NCBI GenBank assembly: GCA_036397755.1
Contig: DASWII010000024.1
Coordinates: 9,957 to 73,956, forward strand
Direction of reading: 5' to 3'
Origin: Gemmatimonadales bacterium
GTDB lineage: Bacteria; Gemmatimonadota; Gemmatimonadetes; Gemmatimonadales; GWC2-71-9
DNA length: 64,000 nucleotides
Shown in pieces: positions 8,648 through 17,151 of this stretch (position 1 is its first letter; each line of letters starts with the position of its first letter). The notes beneath the pieces were generated by a model. That model did no database searches, was not told the DNA's origin, and was given only the letters and a program-made list of their open reading frames with translations. The translations under genes were made by a program, and so were the position numbers.

Positions 8648-9822
8648 CCCGGCGCCCGTGGCCGGCGACCGGCGTACCGGCGCCCAGCCAGGGGGCGTCC
8701 ATCGGGGTTGGCGGCGTAGCGCCATGCGGAACGCGGCCCACTCACCAACGTCAGCTGATCCAGCCAGTATGCCTTGTCGTCGCGCACCGCGATCACCATT
8801 TTGCCAAAGTCCTCCTCACGCTGGGCGCGGTGATAGCGCATGTACACGTGCTCGTCATCCACACCCACGACCTCGATCTTGCCCGAGGCGTGCGACATCA
8901 CGAACCGCGCGCGCTTCGCGAGACCGGACACGCGGCGTTGGGCGTCCGTGAACAAATGCCACCCTTCAACGAGCGGCACCTCGAAGGGGAGGTTCCCCGC
9001 GGTCGGGCGACCCTGAAACACGTAGTAGGGCGGACACGCCGCAAAGGAGAGCTCCCGGAATAGCGCCGCCAACGTCGCCGCCCGGTCATTCACCCCGCGA
9101 ATAATCGGGCACTGGTTGACGATGCCGACCCCCGCGCCCAGCAGACGCCCCATGGCCTCCCGGGCCTCGCTCGTCAGTTCACGCGGATGGTCGAAGTGAT
9201 TCATCACGTAGATCCGCATGCCCGACCGGCAGTATTCGGCAAGCAACTCGACGAGTCCGGGATCGTCGAGCACACGGAACGGGTTGAACGCCAGCATCTT
9301 GCTCCCGATCCGAACGATCCGCACGTGGGGCACCGCCGTCACGTCGCTCAGAATCCGCTCGATGCGCTTGGTGGAGAGGATGAGTGGATCCCCACCCGTC
9401 AGCAGCACGTTGGTGATCTCCTCGTGCTCCTGGATGTAGTGGAGGCCCGGACGATAGTCGAGCGACGCATCGTCGTTATCGTTCATGAACAGGCGCTTGC
9501 GGAAGCAGTAGCGGCAGTAGGCGCCGCAGACCTCATTCACCAACAACAGCGCCGTGTCGCTGTACTTGTGCTGGCAACCGCGCACGGGCGTATAGTGTGC
9601 TTCGTGGCTCGCGTCCAACTCGCCCCACTCGGTCAGTTCCTGCTCGTGCGGCACCACCAAACGGCGCAACGGATCGCGGGGATCGTCCCAGTCGATCAGA
9701 CCGATGTAGTAGTCGTTCACACGAAAGGCGAAACGCTCGGCGACGGGTGCGAGCCGGCGGCGTTCGTCGGGAGGGAGCTGGGCAAGCCGTGCAAGGCTCG
9801 TGATATGGCGGACTCGTGTCAC
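8632..9822 (-). CDS. KamA-family radical SAM protein (lysine 2,3-aminomutase-like)
   Basis: CGAYCRYCFRKR (CxxxCxxC) radical-SAM cluster motif. LLTGGDPL and the overall layout fit the KamA/EpmB family. Confidence 0.85.
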   Translation of the reverse strand: MTRVRHITSLARLAQLPPDERRRLAPVAERFAFRVNDYYIGLIDWDDPRDPLRRLVVPHEQELTEWGELDASHEAHYTPVRGCQHKYSDTALLLVNEVCGAYCRYCFRKRLFMNDNDDASLDYRPGLHYIQEHEEITNVLLTGGDPLILSTKRIERILSDVTAVPHVRIVRIGSKMLAFNPFRVLDDPGLVELLAEYCRSGMRIYVMNHFDHPRELTSEAREAMGRLLGAGVGIVNQCPIIRGVNDRAATLAALFRELSFAACPPYYVFQGRPTAGNLPFEVPLVEGWHLFTDAQRRVSGLAKRARFVMSHASGKIEVVGVDDEHVYMRYHRAQREEDFGKMVIAVRDDKAYWLDQLTLVSGPRSAWRYAANPDGRPLAGRRYAGRRPRAPGQPSS

Positions 9823-9945
9823 AGGCCGCTCCTGTGGTAGCTAGAATTCGTTGGGTTGCGTGCGCTAGCGATCCTCTTCGTTCTCGGGTTCTGCGGACCC
9901 GCCGCTGGACACCTGATAAGTGAAATCGAAACGGGCGACCCCACA

Positions 9946-10869
9946 ATGGCAACCTCTCGACGGATCCTCCTCACCGGCGCAACAGGGCTCATCGGCCGTG
10001 GGGTCGTCCAAAGGCTTGCCGCACAAGGAGATACGTGTGTAGTGATTTCCCGCGGCTCGCGCGACCCGTGGAGCCTGAGCAACGTGAAGGTCGTCGCGGC
10101 CGACCCGACGCAGTCCGGCGACTGGCAGGCCCTCGTGGACGGTACCCACGGCGTCATCAACCTCGCCGGGGCCCGCCTCGTGGAGCCACCGAAGCGATGG
10201 ACCTCCCGGCAGCGGGCGATCCTCCGCGCGAGCCGAGTGGACACCACCGCAAGACTCGCCGAGGCGGTGTTGGCGGCCCCGACACCGCCCGGCGTCTTCC
10301 TCAGCGGATCGGCCGTCGGGTACTACGGCAACCGGGGCGACGAGCCCGTGGGCGAGACCGCCGGTGCGGGAACCGATTTCCTCGCGAGACTTTGCGAAGA
10401 GTGGGAAACGGCCGCCCGCCCCGCTGCCCGGCGGACACGGGTCGTGTGGTTGCGAACGGGACTGGTCCTGGCCGCGAACGACGGCTTCCTCGCGCCGATG
10501 CTTCCGTTCTTTCGCTTAGGGCTCGGCACCGGATGGGCCGATGGTTCGGGGTGGCTGTCGTGGATTCACCGCGCCGACGAGGTCGGGCTGATCCAGGCGG
10601 CGCTGGACGACGAGCGCTACGCCGGCGCGCTCAACTGCACGGCGCCCGAACCCGTCACCGTCGCGCAATTCACCGAACTCCTGGCGGCTGCCCTCCGCCG
10701 CCCCACGTTCCTTCCGAACATCCCGGGTGCTCTGCTGCGGGTGGGTCTCGGCGAGGCTGCCGACGTGTTGTTGCACCTGCAGCGTGTCCTGCCGGAACGC
10801 GCGCTACAGCTGGGATACCCATTCCGCCACCCGACACTCGCGGCGGCCCTGCGAGACGTGCTGGCATAA
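9946..10869 (+). CDS. TIGR01777-type NAD-dependent epimerase/dehydratase family protein (YfcH-like, DUF1731 C-terminus)
   Basis: Rossmann motif ILLTGATGLIGRGVV directly after the ATG at 9946. The C-terminus reads LGYPFRHPTLAAALRDVL. The upstream 30 codons of the listed ORF look non-coding. Confidence 0.82.
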   Translation: MATSRRILLTGATGLIGRGVVQRLAAQGDTCVVISRGSRDPWSLSNVKVVAADPTQSGDWQALVDGTHGVINLAGARLVEPPKRWTSRQRAILRASRVDTTARLAEAVLAAPTPPGVFLSGSAVGYYGNRGDEPVGETAGAGTDFLARLCEEWETAARPAARRTRVVWLRTGLVLAANDGFLAPMLPFFRLGLGTGWADGSGWLSWIHRADEVGLIQAALDDERYAGALNCTAPEPVTVAQFTELLAAALRRPTFLPNIPGALLRVGLGEAADVLLHLQRVLPERALQLGYPFRHPTLAAALRDVLA

Positions 10870-10873
10870 AAAG

Positions 10874-10893
10874 GCCGCCTCATGCGAGGCGGC
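10874..10893. terminator. Bidirectional stem-loop between convergent genes
   Basis: gccgcctc-atgc-gaggcggc is a perfect 8-bp stem preceded by an A-run (aaaaa). It sits between the stops at 10869 (+) and 10920 (-). Confidence 0.55.
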
Positions 10894-10919
10894 GGCGAGC
10901 GCCGGCTCGGCTCCGGAGA

Positions 10920-11180
10920 TTAGACCATCACCCGCCGATCGCGTCCGCTGCGCCGGTCCTCGAATTCACGACGCTCATCGCCGCGGCGTTCCCATGCCGC
11001 GCGGCGTCCGGCCGTGCGCCGGGCCGCCAAGTCTCGTCGCTCGACCCCCCGGCGGTCTTCAGGTGTTCGACGCTCGAACTCTCCGCGCCGAATCAGCTGC
11101 CTGCGCTCGATCCCGGAACGTTCCACGGCGTGCGAGTCCGGGTTGGAATGCGGCATGGAAGGATGGGGCTGCATGGCCAC
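10920..11180 (-). CDS. Small Arg-rich repeat protein (eight (D/E)RR triplets), function unknown
   Basis: 86 aa. GGAG lies 5 nt upstream of the ATG and the gene is followed by the hairpin at 10874-10893. Third-codon positions are mostly G/C. Confidence 0.45.
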   Translation of the reverse strand: MAMQPHPSMPHSNPDSHAVERSGIERRQLIRRGEFERRTPEDRRGVERRDLAARRTAGRRAAWERRGDERREFEDRRSGRDRRVMV

Positions 11181-11282
11181 TCCCAGGGAAAAACGTCGGA
11201 TCGGCGCTCAGATGGAAGATATGAAAACCGGCATGGCGCGCAACTCTCGCCGGCGTCGACTCGACGGTGCCGACGGCCAGCT

Positions 11283-11558
11283 TCACCAGGCGGTTGGCAA
11301 CCGCTTCTGGTCCTTCACACCGCTGCGGACGCCGAGGCCGACGCCCGCACCGAGAATCAGCCCCGAGATCTTCGTCACGATGGGGAGCAAGGCTCCCACA
11401 GGCATGGCCGCGATACCCACCACGGCACCGACCAAGATCGGCACAGCCGGGTGTTTCACCGCATCGACGAACCGCAAACGAGATCGCACGAAGCGGCGGG
11501 TTTGGTAGTATCCGTACGCCGTCGCACCACCGGTCAGCACCAGCCAAAGCCATTCCAT
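11283..11558 (-). CDS. Small membrane protein, hypothetical
   Basis: Strong SD (GGAGGAG) 8 nt upstream of the ATG at 11558. MEWLWLVLTGGATAYGYY... plus a second Gly/Ala/Val-rich TM segment. Confidence 0.55.
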   Translation of the reverse strand: MEWLWLVLTGGATAYGYYQTRRFVRSRLRFVDAVKHPAVPILVGAVVGIAAMPVGALLPIVTKISGLILGAGVGLGVRSGVKDQKRLPTAW

Positions 11559-11695
11559 GATATTGTCTCCTCCTGCAACATACGACGAGAGCCGGTGCCG
11601 GAGGGTTTCAGCCAAGAGACGCCGGAAGACGACCTACAAGGGGAAAAGACTGCAGAGGACGTTCGGAAACATCGTCCTCTACCGTCTTCTGCCAG

Positions 11696-11767
11696 AGCCA
11701 CCGGTCGGAATTGAACCGACGACCGCTCGATTACGAATCGAGAGCTCTACCGCTGAGCTACGGTGGC
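11696..11767 (-). tRNA. tRNA-Thr (anticodon CGU)
   Basis: The reverse complement GCCACCGTAGCTCAGCGGTAGAGCTCTCGATTCGTAATCGAGCGGTCGTCGGTTCAATTCCGACCGGTGGCT folds as a cloverleaf. The anticodon loop is TTCGTAA, the T-loop is GGTTCAATTCC, and CCA is not encoded. Confidence 0.9.
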
Positions 11768-11789
11768 GAGCCACGGATTTCCGCGGTCA

Positions 11790-11871
11790 TGCCCTGGCCC
11801 GGATTCGAACCGGGACGGCTTGCGCCACTGCCCCCTCAAGACAGCGTGTCTACCAGTTTCACCACCAGGGC
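11790..11871 (-). tRNA. tRNA-Leu (anticodon GAG)
   Basis: The reverse complement GCCCTGGTGGTGAAACTGGTAGACACGCTGTCTTGAGGGGGCAGTGGCGCAAGCCGTCCCGGTTCGAATCCGGGCCAGGGCA has a long variable arm, anticodon loop TTGAGGG and T-loop GGTTCGAATCC. Confidence 0.9.
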
Positions 11872-11955
11872 GCCTCCCGCAACCTGCGGCGGGCACGGAA
11901 CATATGCGGGTAACGGCTCGACGGTCAACGGTGGACGGGCCCTCCGGACACCGCC

Positions 11956-13191
11956 CTAGTCCCTCCCCATCACGACCCGCAACTCCTGGTGCGCGGCGCG
12001 GAGCGCGGCCTCGACCCGGTCCGGCGATTCGCCGGCCGCGGTGATGAACCCGAGGTATCGCGACTCCTCAGGCAGCGTTCGGAGCGATTGCCCCGGATGT
12101 ACCGTGATCTCCACACTGCGAACGCGGGGCACGGCGAGCGCTCTCTCCACTCCCTCCACACGGCTGAGCCACCCAGGCTGCGGAATCGGAACCATCATCA
12201 CGCCGGACGCCTCGGACTCCCGCTGGGGCGGCACATCGATACGACTCAGCGCCGCGCCGATCACGATGTCCTCCAGCGACACATCGCCGGACGGCCCGAA
12301 CCGCAGCGCGCGCGCGCAGCGGCCACCGATCGAGCGTGCCGCCAGCTCGACGAGCCAGGGGCCGGCATCGTTGTGGCGCAGCTCCACGTGGACGGGGCCG
12401 TGCGTCAACCCAAGCGCCGCCACCGCCCGCGCGGCGCACTCCAGAAGCGCCTTCTGAACATCCGCCGACGCGCGGCTTGGCGTCGTGTAGATCGTCTCCT
12501 CGAAGAATGGGCCGTCCAACGGATCGGGCTTGTCGAACAGCGCCAGTTGGTGGAGCTGCCCGGCCACCACGAGGCCTTCCAACGCATACTCCGGTCCTGC
12601 GACGAAGCTCTCCACCAGAAAGTGCTTCGCGTCGTCCGTCGTGCGCACGTCAGGTTCCCGGAGAATCGCCAGCAGCCGAGCGTGGGCGCGGGTGAACTCC
12701 TCGGCGGAGTCGGCGCGCATGACCCCCCGACTCGCCGAGAGATGGAGCGGCTTGAGCACAACCGGGAAGGCCAGCGAGCCCGCCAGGGCAACCGGATCGT
12801 CGTCAATCGAGATCCGACGGAAGTCCGGCACGGGTACGCCCGCTTGGCCCAGGATGGCACGCTGCCGGTATTTGCTTCCCGCGGCGGCCGCGGCGTCGGG
12901 ACTGTGATGTGGCAGCCCTAACGCATCGGCAATCCTCGCGGCGACGACCACCGTGCCATCGTCGACGCCGACGACGCCGTGCAACGGGTGCGTGGCGGCG
13001 AACCGTACGGCCGCCTCCACCGCCGCTGCAAGGTCGCCGAACTCCAGGGTGAGCAACCCCGGATCTCCCGCGGTCGCGAGGGTGCTGTCCAGCTCCGAGG
13101 CGACCGTAAGGTCGACGCCGAGCCGCCGGGCCGCTTCGACGAACGCCTCGGTGCGGTAGCTGGAGGTGGGAATGAGGAGGAGGAGACGCAC
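11956..13191 (-). CDS. ATP-grasp domain protein (carboxylate-amine ligase type)
   Basis: 411 aa. The pre-ATP-grasp N-domain reads MRLLLLIPTSSYRTEAFVEAARRLG. The central region, FPVVLKPLHLSASRGVMRAD...ESFVAGPEYALEG, is typical of ATP-grasp folds. Confidence 0.8.
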   Translation of the reverse strand: MRLLLLIPTSSYRTEAFVEAARRLGVDLTVASELDSTLATAGDPGLLTLEFGDLAAAVEAAVRFAATHPLHGVVGVDDGTVVVAARIADALGLPHHSPDAAAAAGSKYRQRAILGQAGVPVPDFRRISIDDDPVALAGSLAFPVVLKPLHLSASRGVMRADSAEEFTRAHARLLAILREPDVRTTDDAKHFLVESFVAGPEYALEGLVVAGQLHQLALFDKPDPLDGPFFEETIYTTPSRASADVQKALLECAARAVAALGLTHGPVHVELRHNDAGPWLVELAARSIGGRCARALRFGPSGDVSLEDIVIGAALSRIDVPPQRESEASGVMMVPIPQPGWLSRVEGVERALAVPRVRSVEITVHPGQSLRTLPEESRYLGFITAAGESPDRVEAALRAAHQELRVVMGRD

Positions 13192-13223
13192 GGCTCATGG
13201 ATCCCGGGCGAGCCGGGAGACGG

Positions 13224-13811
13224 TCACTTCGTGGACGCTGAGAAGTACGGATTCGCGCCGGACGAGTGATCGGTCACGTCCTTGACTCCCTTGACAGCGG
13301 GCAACCGGCGTTTGAGCGTCGCCTCGATCCCCTGCCGCAACGTGACCGTCGCCATCCCACAGCCCTGGCATCCGCCCATCATGCGCACCACCACCGTGCC
13401 GTCCTGCACATCGAGCAGATCCACCCGGCCCCCGTGCTGCGCCACAGCCGGGTTGATCTCCACGCGAAACAGGTCCTGCACCACGTCATACATCTCGTCG
13501 TCGTCATCCGTGGCGCTGGTGGACGCCACGACCGCCGGCACGGCCGCGGCCCGCTCCAAGGCATAGCGCACCTGCGGCTCGAGCCCGGCCCACGAGCACG
13601 ACCCGTCCTGCACCACGGTAACCGCGCCGCCCGCCACGACGACCTCGCAGACGCCCGGCACCGCGAGCACGGCCGCCGCCACCGGTACATCCGCGACATC
13701 GTCACCGTCGCGGAATTTCCGCGCGCTCCGCGGCGCGATCTCCCGATCGAGAACGAACTTGCGACGCAAGTCGTCCAGTGGTTCGGTGGTGATCGTGAGC
13801 GTCGGTTGCAT
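13224..13811 (-). CDS. Nfu/NifU-type Fe-S cluster carrier (Nfu N-terminal domain plus NifU C-terminal CxxC domain)
   Basis: INPAVAQHGGRVDLLDVQDGTVVVRMMGGCQGCGMATVTL is the classical NifU C-terminal motif. The start is taken at Met25 (MQPTLTITTEP). Confidence 0.85.
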   Translation of the reverse strand: MQPTLTITTEPLDDLRRKFVLDREIAPRSARKFRDGDDVADVPVAAAVLAVPGVCEVVVAGGAVTVVQDGSCSWAGLEPQVRYALERAAAVPAVVASTSATDDDDEMYDVVQDLFRVEINPAVAQHGGRVDLLDVQDGTVVVRMMGGCQGCGMATVTLRQGIEATLKRRLPAVKGVKDVTDHSSGANPYFSASTK

Positions 13812-13910
13812 AGACTGTAAACTAATCGGAAACGACCGAGGACGACCCACGGCACGCCCTCGGCGTCCGTCGTCCTCGATCATCCTCCACCGTCCTCTTC
13901 GGCTCGGGCC

Positions 13911-16900
13911 TTACGGAATCGGCCGTTCCTCCCGAACAACGATCGGGCTGAGACCGTTGCTCTCGAGTAGCTCGTTCAGCCGGCGCAGATCGGTCTCGAT
14001 GATGACCTGCAGCCTGTTCAACTGCACCTGGAGCCGCCCGCTCAGGTCCTCGAACACCTGACGGGACTGTTCTGTCGGTGGCCCTTCGCCACTCTCCACC
14101 ACTCCGAGCAGCGACGCGATCTTGTTGTTCAGCTTGATCGGGAAGTTGAGCGGATCCTGGCTCGATTCATTCCGTACTTGATAGACCTCCTCCTCCACGG
14201 CACCGAGGTTGGTGTTCACCACCGCCCCCTGCTGCTCGACCGCCCGCACGTCGGTCTGTGCGAGTCGGTCGCCCACCTCGGCTTTCACCTTGCGGATCTC
14301 AATGATCGCCTCGTTGGCGTCGGTGACCCGATCGCGAATCTGCATTGCCAGGTCGAAACGCTGCTGCAGCTGCGCGATCGTCACGCCCTCGAGGCGCGAA
14401 TCCATGCGGATCTCGAAGTCACGCGTCTGCACGACCTCACCGGCGGTCATGCGCACTTGATACCGTCCGGGCACCGCCAGTGGACCGATCGGCCCGGCTG
14501 CCCAGAAAATGCGGCCTTCGAAATCCGTCCACGCGGGGAAGCGCATGTTCCACGTGAACGAGTGCGAGCCCGCCTTGGCGGATGGCGTACGGTTACCGCC
14601 ACCCCCAAAGAAGCCGAACCCCCCGCCGCCTCCTTGCTGCGGGCGATCTTGCGGCGTTCCCGTGTAGGTTTGGATCACGTCGCCGGAGGCATCCAGGAAC
14701 TCGAGCGTCAGCGTGTCGGCGTCGCTTGCGAGGTAGTAGAACACCTGGACGCCGAAATCGACCCCGCGCACCGGATCGGCCGGATCGAACAGATACGCTT
14801 CGCCCTGCGCGACCGCGTCACTCATCTGCCGGAGCACGCCGATGTTGTTCATCATCCAGAACGATCGCCCGTGCGTCGCGATCACCAGGTCGTTCTCTTC
14901 CACCACGAGGTCGGAGACTTGGACGACCGGGAGATTCCGGGCGAGCGACTGCCAGGACGTCCCGTCGTCCCACGACACATACACGGTGCGCTCCGACGCC
15001 GCATAGAGGAGGCCCGGGCGGGCTGGATCTTCGCGCACCGAGCGAATGAAATCGTCACCGGGAATCCCGCTCACGATCTTCGTCCACGTGGCGCCGAAGT
15101 CCGTGGTTTTCCAGACATAGGGCGCCCGATCATTGTCCACGAGATAGCGAATGCCGGCGACGTACGCCTTGCCGGGAGTGTGGCGCGATGCCTCGATCGT
15201 ATTGATGCGCACGAAGTCAGGCGCATCCCGCGGCGTCACGTTCCGCCACGTGCCGCCACCATTCTGCGTCACGTGCACCAGCCCGTCGTCCGATCCGACC
15301 CAAATGACGTTGACGTCATGATAGGACGGCGCGATCGCAAAGACGGTCCCGTAGGTCTCCACGCCCGTCTGGTCCTTGGTAATGGGTCCGCCCGACGGCC
15401 CGATCGTGGCTGGGTCGGCGCGGGTCAGGTCGTTGGACAACTGTTGCCAGGACTGGCCCTCGTTGGTGCTCATCCACAGCTTCTGCGTCCCGGTATAGAG
15501 CCGCTCCGGATCGACGGGCGAAAACACGATGGGGAACGTCCACTGGACCCGCTCCCGCATGTCCTTGGACGACTCTCCCATCGGGTTCTCGGGCCAGACG
15601 TTCACGGCACGCTCTTCGCCATTGCGATGGTTGTACCGCGACAGATACCCCCCGTAACACCCGGCGTAGTAGATGTCCGGATCCTTCGCGTCGTTGGCGA
15701 TATACCCGCTCTCGCACCCGCCGGCGGTGAAGAACGGCTGGCCCTGGGCGCTGAGATGGCCCCAGCCCCGACTCGGCACGCAGGCCGTGCTGTTGTCCTG
15801 CTGCGCGCCGCAGATGAAGTACGGGTCGTGGTGCGTCGTGGTGACGCGGTAGAACTGGGCTGTGGGGAAGTCCTGCTCGGTCCACGTGCGGCCGCCGTTG
15901 ACCGACACGTTCGCGCCACCATCGTTGGCGTTGATCATCCGATTCGGATCGCTGGGCGCGATCCACAGGTCGTGGTTGTCGCCGTGCGGCACACCGATGC
16001 CCTGATAGGTCGCTCCACCGTCCCGCGACCGGTAGAACCCGGTGTTCAGCGCATACATGACGTCTGGGTCGAGCGGGTCCGCGTAGATCCGCGTGTAGTA
16101 GAACGCCCGCTGTCGCAGCCGCCGCTCCTCGTTCACGCGCTTCCATGTGGCCCCCGCGTCGTCGGAACGGAACACGCCGCCATCGTCGTGCTCCACGATC
16201 GCCCACACGCGGTAGGGCGCAGCCGGCGACAGCGCCACGCCGATCTTGCCGATGAGCCCGGCCTGTGGCAACCCCGGATTGCGGGTGATCTCCGTCCACG
16301 TTTCCCCAAAATCGACGCTCTTGAACAGCCCGCTGCCCGGCCCGCCCGACGACATGCCCCACGATTTGCGCCACGCCTCCCACAGGGCGGCGTACATCAC
16401 GGCGGGGTTGTGAGGATCGACCGTGAGGTCGACCGCGCCGGTGCGCTCGTCACGGTACAGCACTTTGCGCCACGACTCGCCGCCATTGGTGGACTTGAAG
16501 ATCCCCCGCTCGGCGTTGGCGGCGGAGTGCACGCCGAAGGCGGCCACCCACACGATGTTGCAGTCCTGCGGGTGGATCCGGATGCGCGCGATGTTCTGCG
16601 TCGCCACGAGGCCAATGTGCCGCCACGTCCCGCCGCCGTCGGTGCTCTTGTAGATGCCGTCGCCCTGCTGGATGTTGCCCCGCAGCTGGGTCTCACCGGT
16701 GCCCATGTAGACGACGTCGGGATTGGCTTCGCACACCTGCACGGCGCCCACCGACGCGCTGGTGATCTGGCCGTCGGTGACCGGCTGCCAGGTTTGGCCA
16801 GCATCCGTGGTCTTCCACAGTCCGCCGCCCGTCGCGCCGAAGTAGAACTCGAGTGGTCTGGCGTCGCTGCCCGCCGCGGCGATGGAACGGCCGCCACGTG

Positions 16901-17045
16901 CCGGGCCGATGGAGCGCCACTGCAGCGCGTCGGAGAACTTGGAATCGTATTGCGCCAACCCCTGCCCGACGGTGAGCATGTAGGCCAACACCACGAGCGC
17001 AAACACTCGAGCGCCACCCAGCCCACCTCTACCGACGTTTCGCAT
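13911..17045 (-). CDS. Secreted BNR/Asp-box repeat protein (sortilin/VPS10- or GH74-like double beta-propeller)
   Basis: Has a signal peptide and about ten Asp-box motifs (STDGGGTWRH, STNGGESWRK, SVDFGETWTE, SDDAGATWKR, STNEGQSWQQ, TQNGGGTWRN, TTDFGATWTK, SWDDGTSWQS...). Confidence 0.85.
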   Translation of the reverse strand: MRNVGRGGLGGARVFALVVLAYMLTVGQGLAQYDSKFSDALQWRSIGPARGGRSIAAAGSDARPLEFYFGATGGGLWKTTDAGQTWQPVTDGQITSASVGAVQVCEANPDVVYMGTGETQLRGNIQQGDGIYKSTDGGGTWRHIGLVATQNIARIRIHPQDCNIVWVAAFGVHSAANAERGIFKSTNGGESWRKVLYRDERTGAVDLTVDPHNPAVMYAALWEAWRKSWGMSSGGPGSGLFKSVDFGETWTEITRNPGLPQAGLIGKIGVALSPAAPYRVWAIVEHDDGGVFRSDDAGATWKRVNEERRLRQRAFYYTRIYADPLDPDVMYALNTGFYRSRDGGATYQGIGVPHGDNHDLWIAPSDPNRMINANDGGANVSVNGGRTWTEQDFPTAQFYRVTTTHHDPYFICGAQQDNSTACVPSRGWGHLSAQGQPFFTAGGCESGYIANDAKDPDIYYAGCYGGYLSRYNHRNGEERAVNVWPENPMGESSKDMRERVQWTFPIVFSPVDPERLYTGTQKLWMSTNEGQSWQQLSNDLTRADPATIGPSGGPITKDQTGVETYGTVFAIAPSYHDVNVIWVGSDDGLVHVTQNGGGTWRNVTPRDAPDFVRINTIEASRHTPGKAYVAGIRYLVDNDRAPYVWKTTDFGATWTKIVSGIPGDDFIRSVREDPARPGLLYAASERTVYVSWDDGTSWQSLARNLPVVQVSDLVVEENDLVIATHGRSFWMMNNIGVLRQMSDAVAQGEAYLFDPADPVRGVDFGVQVFYYLASDADTLTLEFLDASGDVIQTYTGTPQDRPQQGGGGGFGFFGGGGNRTPSAKAGSHSFTWNMRFPAWTDFEGRIFWAAGPIGPLAVPGRYQVRMTAGEVVQTRDFEIRMDSRLEGVTIAQLQQRFDLAMQIRDRVTDANEAIIEIRKVKAEVGDRLAQTDVRAVEQQGAVVNTNLGAVEEEVYQVRNESSQDPLNFPIKLNNKIASLLGVVESGEGPPTEQSRQVFEDLSGRLQVQLNRLQVIIETDLRRLNELLESNGLSPIVVREERPIP

Positions 17046-17151
17046 CGCGAGAACTCCGCGTTGAGATTGTGGAAGGAGGGAGATTGTACTGCCCCAATCC
17101 AGACGCGGCTAGGGTGCGCGAGCGCGAAGCCGTACGAACGCGGCCGCGCCC

